Below, one piece after another: positions 36,461 through 46,300 of a stretch of DNA of 56,006 nucleotides (the first letter of the stretch is position 1; each line of letters opens with the position of its first letter). Origin of the DNA: a virus (Duplodnaviria; Caudoviricetes); the IMG/VR virus record IMGVR_UViG_3300032248_000182, positions 1-56,006 of that record; one strand, written 5' to 3'. The notes beneath the pieces were generated by a model. That model was not told the origin of the DNA and did no database searches. It was given only the letters and a program-made list of their open reading frames with translations. The position numbers and the translations under genes were made by a program.

Positions 36461-36858
36461 TCACCCCGTAGCATTTTCTGAAGTTCTGCTGTACTCCCGA
36501 CAAAAAGGTTATTGTTGGTAACGGTCTTTTCTTCTTTACCTTTGATCTCTTTGATTTGCTTACTGAGGTTTAACAGCTTTTGATTGGCATCAACAAGACC
36601 ATTAATTAACCCTCCGACAACTTCGAAAGCACGAGGATGCTGAGATTGTCTAGCAAACTCTATCATCTCATCTAAAGCATACTGCCCTTTCTCTATAACA
36701 TCGTATAGATTACGGCGAGTAAACTCATAATCACTCTCAGCTTTATCGCCGTTGGTGGTATTGTTTACGTAAGTAGTTTGCCCGATCGTCATAGGAGAAT
36801 CAGACGGGATATTAGCAACACCGAAGATGTTACTAATGTTATCAGTGTTCGCTATCAT
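36457..36858 (-). CDS. 16: Terminase small subunit (gp16)
   Basis: DYEFTR.NL, HPRAFEV, NNLFVGSTAELQK. Confidence 0.95.
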   Translation of the reverse strand: MIANTDNISNIFGVANIPSDSPMTIGQTTYVNNTTNGDKAESDYEFTRRNLYDVIEKGQYALDEMIEFARQSQHPRAFEVVGGLINGLVDANQKLLNLSKQIKEIKGKEEKTVTNNNLFVGSTAELQKMLRGD

Positions 36859-36861
36859 AAA

Positions 36862-37698
36862 TTAATCCACGTTGCTAAAGAAGTCTACAATATATCCGTA
36901 ATTGCTATTTGCCTGTATTTCTGATAGAGGAATAGAAATGCTTGCGTTGCTTGTTGGGTTTCCGTTTGCGTCTAATCCAGGGGTAGTAACGATATATTCC
37001 ACCCTAGGAGAGATGCCTACGCCCTCTGCAGCAGTGTTTGTGCTTGGAGTGTAGAAGTTTATGTCTATCTCTTTAATCACGCCTGCCGTCCTTATAGGAC
37101 CGTAGATGTAACCTTTAAGTACAAAGTCTAAGTCCCAAGTGATAGCATATCTTTCTGTGAAAGAACCTTCGTATGTGTCTTCATAACGGATATTTCTAAG
37201 CACTACCGGGATGTCCATCTTGATTCCCATGTCCGGTATCAAGTTTATGGTTGTTGTCCATTCTGGTTTGAAGAAAGGTAGTATCTGTTCTACGATACGA
37301 GTAGCATCATCAGAGTTTCTTGCTATGATCGATAGCGTTATATTGAAGTTATACGGTACAGGATTGTACTGAGAGTACATACTGTTTCCCGTAGTATTTG
37401 CGAACACCTTGGTATTTCTTCCTACGGTGTTTAGCTTTCTGTCAGAATCATACTCAATGTTTTTTATTTCAAAAGACATTCTGGGTAGAATCTGATTAAT
37501 CTGGCGGAGTAGATCAGGGTCTTCGCGTATACGAGCAAGATACCGGTCTCTTGGTCCGTAAGAAAGAGGAACCGCAAGTGTACTAGTAGTATTACCTGTT
37601 GTTGGATCAACTCGATCAATCGTAATGTCGTTAAACAGTGTGCCGAATAACGCTACGTATTTTCTAATGGATCCAAAATAAAACTTTGTGCCAAACAT
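36862..37698 (-). CDS. 15: Tail sheath stabiliser (gp15)
   Basis: FGTLFNDI, VPLSYGP, LPRMSFE, EQILPFF.P. Confidence 0.95.
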   Translation of the reverse strand: MFGTKFYFGSIRKYVALFGTLFNDITIDRVDPTTGNTTSTLAVPLSYGPRDRYLARIREDPDLLRQINQILPRMSFEIKNIEYDSDRKLNTVGRNTKVFANTTGNSMYSQYNPVPYNFNITLSIIARNSDDATRIVEQILPFFKPEWTTTINLIPDMGIKMDIPVVLRNIRYEDTYEGSFTERYAITWDLDFVLKGYIYGPIRTAGVIKEIDINFYTPSTNTAAEGVGISPRVEYIVTTPGLDANGNPTSNASISIPLSEIQANSNYGYIVDFFSNVD

Positions 37699-38438
37699 TA
37701 ATAAACTCCTGACTCACTGAAAGGATCTTCTACTGTAAAGTCAGTAAAGGTGTCTGACAGAATTTGAAACTCTTGGTTTTGACTTGATGGGTCTGCAGCA
37801 GACATTACATTTAGTATGCTGTAAGATTCCTGAACCAAATCATTACTATCTTCCGTAATGAGATAATTTCTGTTATCTTCAGTACCAAATAGATATCCAG
37901 CATCCGTCATTGAGTATTTGTTATAGATAGCATCAATCTGAGGAATGCCTGTAGCAAAGAGCTCGCTGTTATAATTAAACTTCTCTAGTTCTAATTCGAA
38001 GTATTGTAAAGAACCTGTTTGATAAAAAGCTTTTTCGTGCTCAACGAATTTAATTTCAAAAATACTATTGCTTAATGGGAAGTATACTAGATCGCCTTCT
38101 CTTGGTCTTATCAACGAATACTCATTACCGATATCTTCTTGAAACCTTGTACGAGCAACAGATAAAACGAGCTTGTCCGCTACGTTAAGACCAAATTTGC
38201 TTAGTATATCACCTTGCCCTTGAAATCCTTCGTATGTGTTAATATACATTTCAATCGGAATAGCATGAGTAAAAGAAGAAGTGGGAGCTTCTGTAAATAG
38301 CTCATCTATATTCCCCGTGTTACGTATAATGTAATACACATCAATACCAAAGATTTTAATCATCTCAATGGTTAAATCGCTGAGAAGATTTTGCTCTGGA
38401 GAGTAATCGATATTACGAAAAAAGAAGTTTGTAGCCAT
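37698..38438 (-). CDS. 14: Neck protein (gp14)
   Basis: EQNL..DL..E, LSKFG, PREGDLVYFP, FEIKFVEHE..FYQ, DPFSE. Confidence 0.95.
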   Translation of the reverse strand: MATNFFFRNIDYSPEQNLLSDLTIEMIKIFGIDVYYIIRNTGNIDELFTEAPTSSFTHAIPIEMYINTYEGFQGQGDILSKFGLNVADKLVLSVARTRFQEDIGNEYSLIRPREGDLVYFPLSNSIFEIKFVEHEKAFYQTGSLQYFELELEKFNYNSELFATGIPQIDAIYNKYSMTDAGYLFGTEDNRNYLITEDSNDLVQESYSILNVMSAADPSSQNQEFQILSDTFTDFTVEDPFSESGVY

Positions 38439-39178
38439 TATCCGATTAGATCTCCGACAGGAAGTGAGTAGGAGTGAATCATTTCGTGTTCTAGCTCGTC
38501 CAAATCCTTTCTAGCATCGTTATAAATTTTCTCAGCGTTAAACTTCATACCACCAGGAAGCGCGATATCCTGATACTTGATAAGATTAGAACCCCACTGA
38601 AGTTTTATTAAAGCTTCTGCATAACGGGCAAGCCAACGATCGCCCCATACGTCAGTATAGGTATCTGGGTCTACAATTTGATATGCTTCGATAACAAGGT
38701 AATTGCCAACGGTCATTTTATTCCAATCCATATCAATATAAAATTTATTGGTATTACGATTGTAACGGTATTGCACTTGACCTACTAACATTTGTTCAAG
38801 AAATTGAATATGTTGCATCGCAAGAAAATAAGGAACCATGGTCGTTGCGGTAAGATCGTACAAGTCGTTTAGAGCAATCTGATAACGAATGTTAAATAGA
38901 TTGTTAGTAGATAACGAATCGCCAAGAGGGAATATGTTAACAGCGCCGATGATATTCTGCGGTAGAGTAATGTATCTGTTATCTATATCAGTTTGGGACA
39001 TTTGATACTTGTAAAACATTTTTTCTGTACCATCGAAATGATAATCCCAATAGTAATTCAACGCCTCGTCGATACGATCGTCTACTTGATCGTCGTCCAC
39101 GTTAATATCAATTACTGGCTTACCTAGTCTACGTAGGCAGTACTGTTTGAATTGCTCTCTTGTAGCGGGAACAGCCAT
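38438..39178 (-). CDS. 13: Neck protein (gp13)
   Basis: YCLRRLG.PVI.INVDDDQ..DRIDEAL, QWG.NL.KY....LPGG. Confidence 0.95.
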   Translation of the reverse strand: MAVPATREQFKQYCLRRLGKPVIDINVDDDQVDDRIDEALNYYWDYHFDGTEKMFYKYQMSQTDIDNRYITLPQNIIGAVNIFPLGDSLSTNNLFNIRYQIALNDLYDLTATTMVPYFLAMQHIQFLEQMLVGQVQYRYNRNTNKFYIDMDWNKMTVGNYLVIEAYQIVDPDTYTDVWGDRWLARYAEALIKLQWGSNLIKYQDIALPGGMKFNAEKIYNDARKDLDELEHEMIHSYSLPVGDLIG

Positions 39179-39204
39179 TGATAGTCTCCGTTAATGCTTA
39201 TATG

Positions 39205-39212
39205 TATTTATA
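39205..39212 (-). promoter_or_regulatory. Late promoter TATAAATA (gp13)
   Basis: Exact consensus upstream of gp13. Confidence 0.85.
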
Positions 39213-39214
39213 AT

Positions 39215-42200
39215 TTACAAACCAGTGAGAAATCCGAAGAATCCATTTTGCCCGTACGTTTTTTGATCTGTAATTACTGTCCATCCTATATTATTCGCAT
39301 TCGTGCAGTTTTGCCCTCTCCACGTAGCTCCGCCTGTTACCGTGGTGCTATTAATGTTACAATGTTCAACAAAAGCAGTTCCAGTTGTTTGAGTTAGAGT
39401 AAGAGTGGCAGTAGTATTTGCTCTAGCCAAAGTACACGGTAAAGACGCTGTGCCCGTTAAATACAAGTTAGCAAACGTAGTATTACACATATAGAATCTG
39501 CTAACTCCTGCAGATGAAACTAAAGAGTTAATATTAGCCGAAGAAGATTTAAAATAAAAAGTTCCACCTGCGGCGTCTGTTGTAACATTATAAAGATTTG
39601 CAACACTTGTCACGTTTGAAGTACCGCTAGTGCTTATAGAACATGTTTGTGCATAACAAGACGTTGAATTAATTGTGATCATATCTTGACCATTAGTTGT
39701 AGTAGCATTATTAGATGTCCATGTTCCAGATCCCATGTACAACGTAAATCCAGATTCAACTATAATTCGTTTAAATGTTACATCGTAATTGTTTACATAT
39801 AGCGTGCCTCTATACAAACGAAATGGAGCATTTGTTCCACCAAGCAACGTTGAAGCATCTAGCGTAACGTTCATATTGCTATTTAATTGCCAACTAGCGC
39901 CTACACCACCATCATCAAACCAAACCCCGCAACCGTTAAAAGCATCACACGTAATAGTTTTAGTTGTAGCTGCCGTTCCAGCAAAAACAAAATACGTTGG
40001 AGGATTAGGGCTACTTTGTTTAATAATATTGCCAGAATTCATGGTTAAATTACCATAAACCCTAAAACTGTCATCATTGTTACCTCCTGCATATATGTCA
40101 AATATTTTTCCAGCCCCTACTGCCCAATTTGATAAATCAAGATCTAATATAGACATTAATGGATTAAACGTAGGATCCGCTAATAATATATTAGGACAAG
40201 CAGATGAAACTTTAATACCTAATTTTCGAGTATCGGTATTAAGTGCAGATAATCCTGTAACATATACTGTAGGATTCCCAGTAATCGTTAAATTAGTGTC
40301 ATTTCTATGTGTAAAAGAACTTCCAGTAATAACTAAATAATCACCAGTGCCCAAATATAATGATCTAACGTTCGCATTACTTGTATCAAATCCATTTACT
40401 GTTAAAGTATAGTTATTTAAATCTAATGTGCCTGCGGTTAATGTAAATGTGCCATTTGTAGTCAGCGTCATAGCAGTTTGTAATTGAAATGTAGCTCCGG
40501 GAGAATTAACTGTAATTGGGAATGGTATCGATATACCATTTGTTACAATATATTGCGTTCCAGAAGTTGCAGCGAACGTAGTAGCATTAGTACCAGTTGT
40601 TATGGTATATCCTGTATTAAGTGTTAAAATTCCGTATATCGTACGAGCAGTATTAGTCAGAGTTCCTGTAAACCCATTCATAATCAAATTATAATATACT
40701 CCACTAAGGGAAAGAGAACCTGCTCCCGCAGTAACACTTAAGTTTAGTGCGTTACTTTCAGTTCCTCCAGTAGTACCCATAATAATAGTTCGTGTACCCG
40801 TTACCATTGCTCCGTTTACTGTAATAGTAGGAGTTCCTGTAAAGGTAAATCCAGTCATAGTAGTCATATCAATAACAGTAGCCGTAGCCGTAGCCGTTAC
40901 AACGATACTACCTGTAGTGCCAAAGGTTATAGCTCTTGTGTTTGAGTTAGTGCTACTAAAGATACCTGTAGTAAGAGTTAAATTGTTTAGTGCAAGAGTA
41001 CCATTAGTCAGCGTAGTTGTTCTTGTAGCGCCAACAGTTAATGCATCTTGTAAAGTCCAAGTACCTCCAACGCCATCGAAAATAACAGGAAAGTCAAATG
41101 TCTTGCCAAAAGTAGTAATAGTTTGACTACCAGTAGAGGCAAACGTGACGGTATTTGTACCAGCAGTCAAAGTCATACCGGCAGTTAATGTTAACGTTCC
41201 TGCAATAAGCAAAAAGTTATTGGCTAACGTAACTGTCGATCCGGTAAAATTCAAATTTCTTACAAACCCAGTCACAGATATAGTATCTGAACCTGCTGTA
41301 ACGTTTACTGATAAAGCATTAACAGCAGAACCGCCACTGCTAGAAGTTGCCATCGTCACTGTTCTTGTTACAGCACTAGCATTACCACTTAACGTGATAT
41401 TCGAAGTACCAGTAAAGGTAAAATTGGTCATTGTCGCCAGCGATACTACAGTAGCAGTGGAAGTTGATGTAACTGTTATTTTGCCTGTAGTGCCAAAAGA
41501 TATAGCTCTAGTATTTGAGTTACTACCAGCAAAAATGTTACAGGTAAGCGTAAAGTTGTTTAATGCGAGTGTGCCGTTAGAAAGAGATGCTGTACGAGTA
41601 GAACCTAAAGTTAATGCATCTTGCAACGTAAACGTGCCGCCAACGCCATTAAATGTTACTGGAAAATCAAACGTTTTACCTAATGAGGTTATTGATTGAC
41701 TGCCAGTAGAGGCGAACGTAACACTATTCGCCCCAGCAGTCAAAGTCATACCGGCAGTTAATGTTAATGTCCCGAAAATACTTAACGTATTATTAGCTAA
41801 CGTAACTGTTGATCCAGTAAAAACAGCATCCCTAACAACTCCTGATAATGCTATAGTATCTGAACCAGCGGTAACGTTTAATGTCAAAGCATTAGTACCA
41901 GTACCGTCAGTTGTCCCCATCGTTACTGTTCTTGTTACAGCACTAGCATTACCACTTAACGTGATATTCGAAGTACCAGTAAAGGTAAAATTGGTCATTG
42001 TCGCCATCGATACTACAGTCGTTGTTGTAGTCGTAGGGATTAATATCTTGCCTGTAGTCCCAAAGGTTATAGCTCTAGTATTTGAGTTACTACTAGAAAA
42101 ATCTTGGCAAGTGAGCGTAAAGTTGTTTAATGCGAGTGTGCCGTTAGTTAAGGTAGCAGTTCTAGTCGACCCTAAAGTTAAGGCATCTTGCAATGTAAAC

Positions 42201-43177
42201 GTGCCGCCAACGCCATTAAATGTTACTGGAAAATCAAACGTTTTACCTAATGAGGTTATTGATTGACTTCCTGTAGAAACAAAAGAAACTATGCCCACAC
42301 CAGCAGCTAATGACATACCGGCAGTTAATGTCAATGTTCCAACTATACTTAACGTAGCATTGTTTAATGTTCCGGTAAATCCTGTAAAATTTAAATCCCT
42401 AACCCAACCCGACATAGTTACATTATCAGACCCTGCTGTGACATTTACTGTCATTGCAATACTCGCAGAGCCACCAGTACTACCAACTTGAACAGTTCTA
42501 GTAACACCAGCGGCTGCATTACCGCTTATTGTTAAATTGGATGTACCAGTAAAGGTAAATCCTGTCGTTGTTGATATAAGGAAAGGATTTGAAGTACTTG
42601 TTATAGCACTTAAAATTTTACCAGTAGTTCCAAATGCTATTGATCTAGTATTTGAATTGTTACTATTAAACAGAACACAAGTAAGAGTAAAATTGTTTAA
42701 GTCTAATGTGCCTGTTGTTAAAGTAAGAGTGGTTGACGAAACCGTCATCGCATCTTGAAGAATATACGACACGCCAGCCGTATGGTTAAAAGTTACAGTA
42801 CAAGCAAAGGTGTTGCCTGCAGAAGTAATCGTTCTATTTGTCGCAGTGGCACGAAAAGTAAGAGTCCCGGAATAACTGAATGTAAAGTTAGAAGCAGGTA
42901 AAGTGAAACTGCCATAGACGTTTAATGCAGCTGTACCTGCTAATGTCATTACACCATCTAATGCGCTAGTCGAGAAACTGAGACAGTTAGCGACGGATGC
43001 GGCATCTACTGTAACAGTAAATGCAGTAGTGCCAGTATTAGAGTTTTGATCAAATACTACGTCGTCAGCAGACGTAGGTAGATTACCAACAGCAGGAGCA
43101 CCATTGCTGGTTGCAGCCCAGTGATTGGTTGCATCACTCCAGTTACCAGATCCTCCTACCCAATATCGAGTTGCCAT
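39215..43177 (-). CDS. Large beta-solenoid adhesin/tail-spike-like protein with ~190-aa tandem repeats
   Basis: N-terminal RYWVGGSGNWSD...W...P.S.DDV.FD; repeated LQDAL...LTNGTLALNN.TLT...SNSNTRAI.FGTTG. Confidence 0.7.
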   Translation of the reverse strand: MATRYWVGGSGNWSDATNHWAATSNGAPAVGNLPTSADDVVFDQNSNTGTTAFTVTVDAASVANCLSFSTSALDGVMTLAGTAALNVYGSFTLPASNFTFSYSGTLTFRATATNRTITSAGNTFACTVTFNHTAGVSYILQDAMTVSSTTLTLTTGTLDLNNFTLTCVLFNSNNSNTRSIAFGTTGKILSAITSTSNPFLISTTTGFTFTGTSNLTISGNAAAGVTRTVQVGSTGGSASIAMTVNVTAGSDNVTMSGWVRDLNFTGFTGTLNNATLSIVGTLTLTAGMSLAAGVGIVSFVSTGSQSITSLGKTFDFPVTFNGVGGTFTLQDALTLGSTRTATLTNGTLALNNFTLTCQDFSSSNSNTRAITFGTTGKILIPTTTTTTVVSMATMTNFTFTGTSNITLSGNASAVTRTVTMGTTDGTGTNALTLNVTAGSDTIALSGVVRDAVFTGSTVTLANNTLSIFGTLTLTAGMTLTAGANSVTFASTGSQSITSLGKTFDFPVTFNGVGGTFTLQDALTLGSTRTASLSNGTLALNNFTLTCNIFAGSNSNTRAISFGTTGKITVTSTSTATVVSLATMTNFTFTGTSNITLSGNASAVTRTVTMATSSSGGSAVNALSVNVTAGSDTISVTGFVRNLNFTGSTVTLANNFLLIAGTLTLTAGMTLTAGTNTVTFASTGSQTITTFGKTFDFPVIFDGVGGTWTLQDALTVGATRTTTLTNGTLALNNLTLTTGIFSSTNSNTRAITFGTTGSIVVTATATATVIDMTTMTGFTFTGTPTITVNGAMVTGTRTIIMGTTGGTESNALNLSVTAGAGSLSLSGVYYNLIMNGFTGTLTNTARTIYGILTLNTGYTITTGTNATTFAATSGTQYIVTNGISIPFPITVNSPGATFQLQTAMTLTTNGTFTLTAGTLDLNNYTLTVNGFDTSNANVRSLYLGTGDYLVITGSSFTHRNDTNLTITGNPTVYVTGLSALNTDTRKLGIKVSSACPNILLADPTFNPLMSILDLDLSNWAVGAGKIFDIYAGGNNDDSFRVYGNLTMNSGNIIKQSSPNPPTYFVFAGTAATTKTITCDAFNGCGVWFDDGGVGASWQLNSNMNVTLDASTLLGGTNAPFRLYRGTLYVNNYDVTFKRIIVESGFTLYMGSGTWTSNNATTTNGQDMITINSTSCYAQTCSISTSGTSNVTSVANLYNVTTDAAGGTFYFKSSSANINSLVSSAGVSRFYMCNTTFANLYLTGTASLPCTLARANTTATLTLTQTTGTAFVEHCNINSTTVTGGATWRGQNCTNANNIGWTVITDQKTYGQNGFFGFLTGL

Positions 43178-43180
43178 CTA

Positions 43181-43378
43181 TTATTCTGCTGGTGGCACAT
43201 AATTGATTATTGCTAACCAATTATCGAATCTTTGTTGTTTAATTTCTTCAATTTGTTGCTCGGTAAGCGCATCGTATTCTGCTTGAGAAAAAATCAAAGC
43301 ATCATTGAAGGTATTCTTACCGTCTGTTTTTTCAAATCTAATTCTAAGCATACCATTGTCAAGTGTTTCTAATTCCAT
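43181..43378 (-). CDS. Small tail-fibre-associated protein (65 aa)
   Basis: Start revised to ATG 43378 (SD AGGAGG); MELETLDNG...IKQQRFDNWLAII. Confidence 0.65.
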   Translation of the reverse strand: MELETLDNGMLRIRFEKTDGKNTFNDALIFSQAEYDALTEQQIEEIKQQRFDNWLAIINYVPPAE

Positions 43379-43386
43379 AATTCCTC

Positions 43387-46300
43387 CTAGAAGCCAAAGT
43401 TCTTCGCTACAATATTCCACTTGGTTTGCGTTGAGTTGTACATAAAGCCAACGTAGTCGTATTTAGAACCGCTAGATGTTGTGGTAGGTAACGCCAAATC
43501 TGTTGACCCCGAAAATGCAGCATTCCAAGAAAGAGTTTGTGCGTTAACACAACGTATTCTAAACATCAGTCTTTGACCGTCTACTGGAGTCCCTGTCGGA
43601 GCACCAATAGTCAATGTGCCAGCAACGGCGGTATTAATTTGTGTTGCCATATCTGTGCTATCAACGTTAGCCGTAATACTGGTTCCGTTAGCATACGAAA
43701 CGACACGAGGAGCACCCACTGTTGTCCAATATACTGAAGTACCATTTGACGATAACACTTGTCCTGAAGTACCAGTAGTAGCATTTGCCGATACAGCAAC
43801 ACCAGATAGTGTTATTTGCGTAGTATTAGCAATAAAATTAGACCCTACGCTAAAGGTTGCAGCATTTACTGTCGTGCCTAATATAGTGTTGCTGAAAGTG
43901 ATATTAGCTTGAAATGTTTGAGTATTAGACCAAGTATATTGAGCAGCTGCGTTTGTGCTACTTCCTGATGTAACGGTAGACCAATATACATTACTACTAC
44001 CGTTAGTAGTTAATACTTGACCTGCTGTTCCTTGAGACCCCGTAGAATCTAATAAAGTAACACCAGCAGGAATTGTTAATCCACCAGAATGTGAAGTTCT
44101 AACTGAAAAACTTAAATTGCTTGTTATACTGTTAGCGTATATCGACCAAACCGCTCTTGAGCCGTATGTTGTATTAGTAGAATAGAATACAAAGTTATCA
44201 TCATTTTGCTGAATGAAGTATACGTTAGAAGAAGCATTGACCGTAGCAAACGTTAATTTTTTGTTGTTAACAGTAAGATTAAGATCTGTATTTGAATTTA
44301 ATACTGTTGTGTTAGCAATAAATCCCGAACCAACAGTAAGGCTAGCAGCGTTGACAGTACCAGTAGTATAGACGCCCGTAGCATTAGCAACAACCGCAGT
44401 GCCAACGTTAGCTGAAGTTGCAGCGTAGAGCGTCGCGGTATTAACTTGACCAGTAACGTTTATAGCAGCAGCGTTAACCAATGTTGCATTAGCAGTAAAT
44501 GTTGTTCCTACCGTATGCGAAGCAGCATTAACTGTACCAGTATGATATGCTCCAGTTGTGTTAGCAATGAAAGATGTACCAACAGTAAGGCTAGCCGCAT
44601 TAACTGTACCTGTATGATAAGCGCCAGAAGAATTAGAATTTAGTCCCCAACTTGTTCCTATTGCGGTTGTATTGACCGTCGTATTACCTGTGCTATTTGC
44701 AAGATTCAATGAAGGAGCACCAGTAATTGTACTATTACCAATGGTCAGTGCTGAACCCGTGAGTGATGTAGTTGGAGCAGTTGTAGAATTACCAGTAATA
44801 CCAAATTGAGAAACTGTTATTTGGACATTACCGCCAACATTCGCAGACGTAGTAGCATAGAATGTTACAGTATTGACTTGACCAGTAATATTAGCGTAAC
44901 CAGCAGATAAATTAGCAGAAACTAACGTTGCATATACGTTAGTGGTGATTACGTTACTAGAAGCATTTAATGTAGTAGCAATTACATTACCATAAAGTGT
45001 TGGCGTCACAACATTAGCAGATGCGTTTACATATCCAGTAACATTGACGTTACCGGAAGTTATAGTACCACCAGATACTGTTAATCCATTTGCGGTAATA
45101 GTGTTAGCGGTAATTATCCAACGACCTATTGTATTACCTAAAGCTAGCGTATTACTTGTTGGATAAAACCCAGAAGTATTAGATACTGTAGTAGTGGTTG
45201 TATGAGAAGCAGCATTAACTGTACCAGTATGATAAAACCCGCTCCCATTTGCAACATAAATTGTAGAAGAGGCTCCGCCAGCATTATAACTATATGCAGT
45301 TATGCTATCAGAAACGACAGACATCCCTTTATCTTTATTGCCGACGTTTGTTGCGGAATATCTAAATAAGTCAATTTGTCCAGTATTATAAGTTCCAGTT
45401 GGCGAAGAGGGCGTATCAATATACATTACCGCCAAATTAGGATAACCGGGAGAGCCAAAAGCGATTTGAGTAGCACCCAAAGAAGTATTGTACGTAAACC
45501 CGCTACCAGAGTCTTTGTAGTAAGAAACTACCGCATTGTAAAAATTTCCAGAGCCAAAATTTGTATACGAACCGGTAGGTGTGCCGTATCCATCAAACGT
45601 GTAAAACGTTAACCCGTTTATCGTTAAACTTGTATTACCATAATCATTGGTCATCGTAAGCGTGGACTCGCTAGATAAAGAATCATACGTCCATCTGGCG
45701 CTGGGCCAAAATCCTATATATGAACTATTTGCTGATGAAAATGAAGCGCCGACGCCATCTATTCTCCAACCATCAGTGTTCGCGATAAATTTATTAGCTC
45801 CTGCAGCAGTAGAAAAAATTCCGCCTAAAGCGTTCGCATTGTAGTTATACGTAGAATTTGATATAGAAAAAGATGACGTGGTTAATTGTAAGTTCGCCCC
45901 AACGTTAGCCGATGTTGATGCAAAAAATGTTGCAGTATTAACTCGACCAGTAACGTTTATAGCAGCAGCGTTAACAAGAGTGCTATTAGCGGTAAAAGCA
46001 GCACCAATTGTATAAGAAGCAGCATTAACTGTACCAGTATGATAAGCACCTGTTGTATTAGCAATGAAATTTGTTCCAACTTTCAATAACGCAGAGTTAA
46101 CACTTGTAGTAACGTTAGCGTATCCGGTATGTATTAATGCAGTGCTATTTGCTATAAATCCTGTTCCAACAGTCAATAATGCTGAGTTAACACTTGTTGA
46201 TAGATTGGCAGTAGATCCTACTAAATTTGAAGTAACCAGCGTAGGGTTTATGTTAGAAGCCCAATATGCGCCGTTTCCGCTGCTGATTAGTATATCGTTC

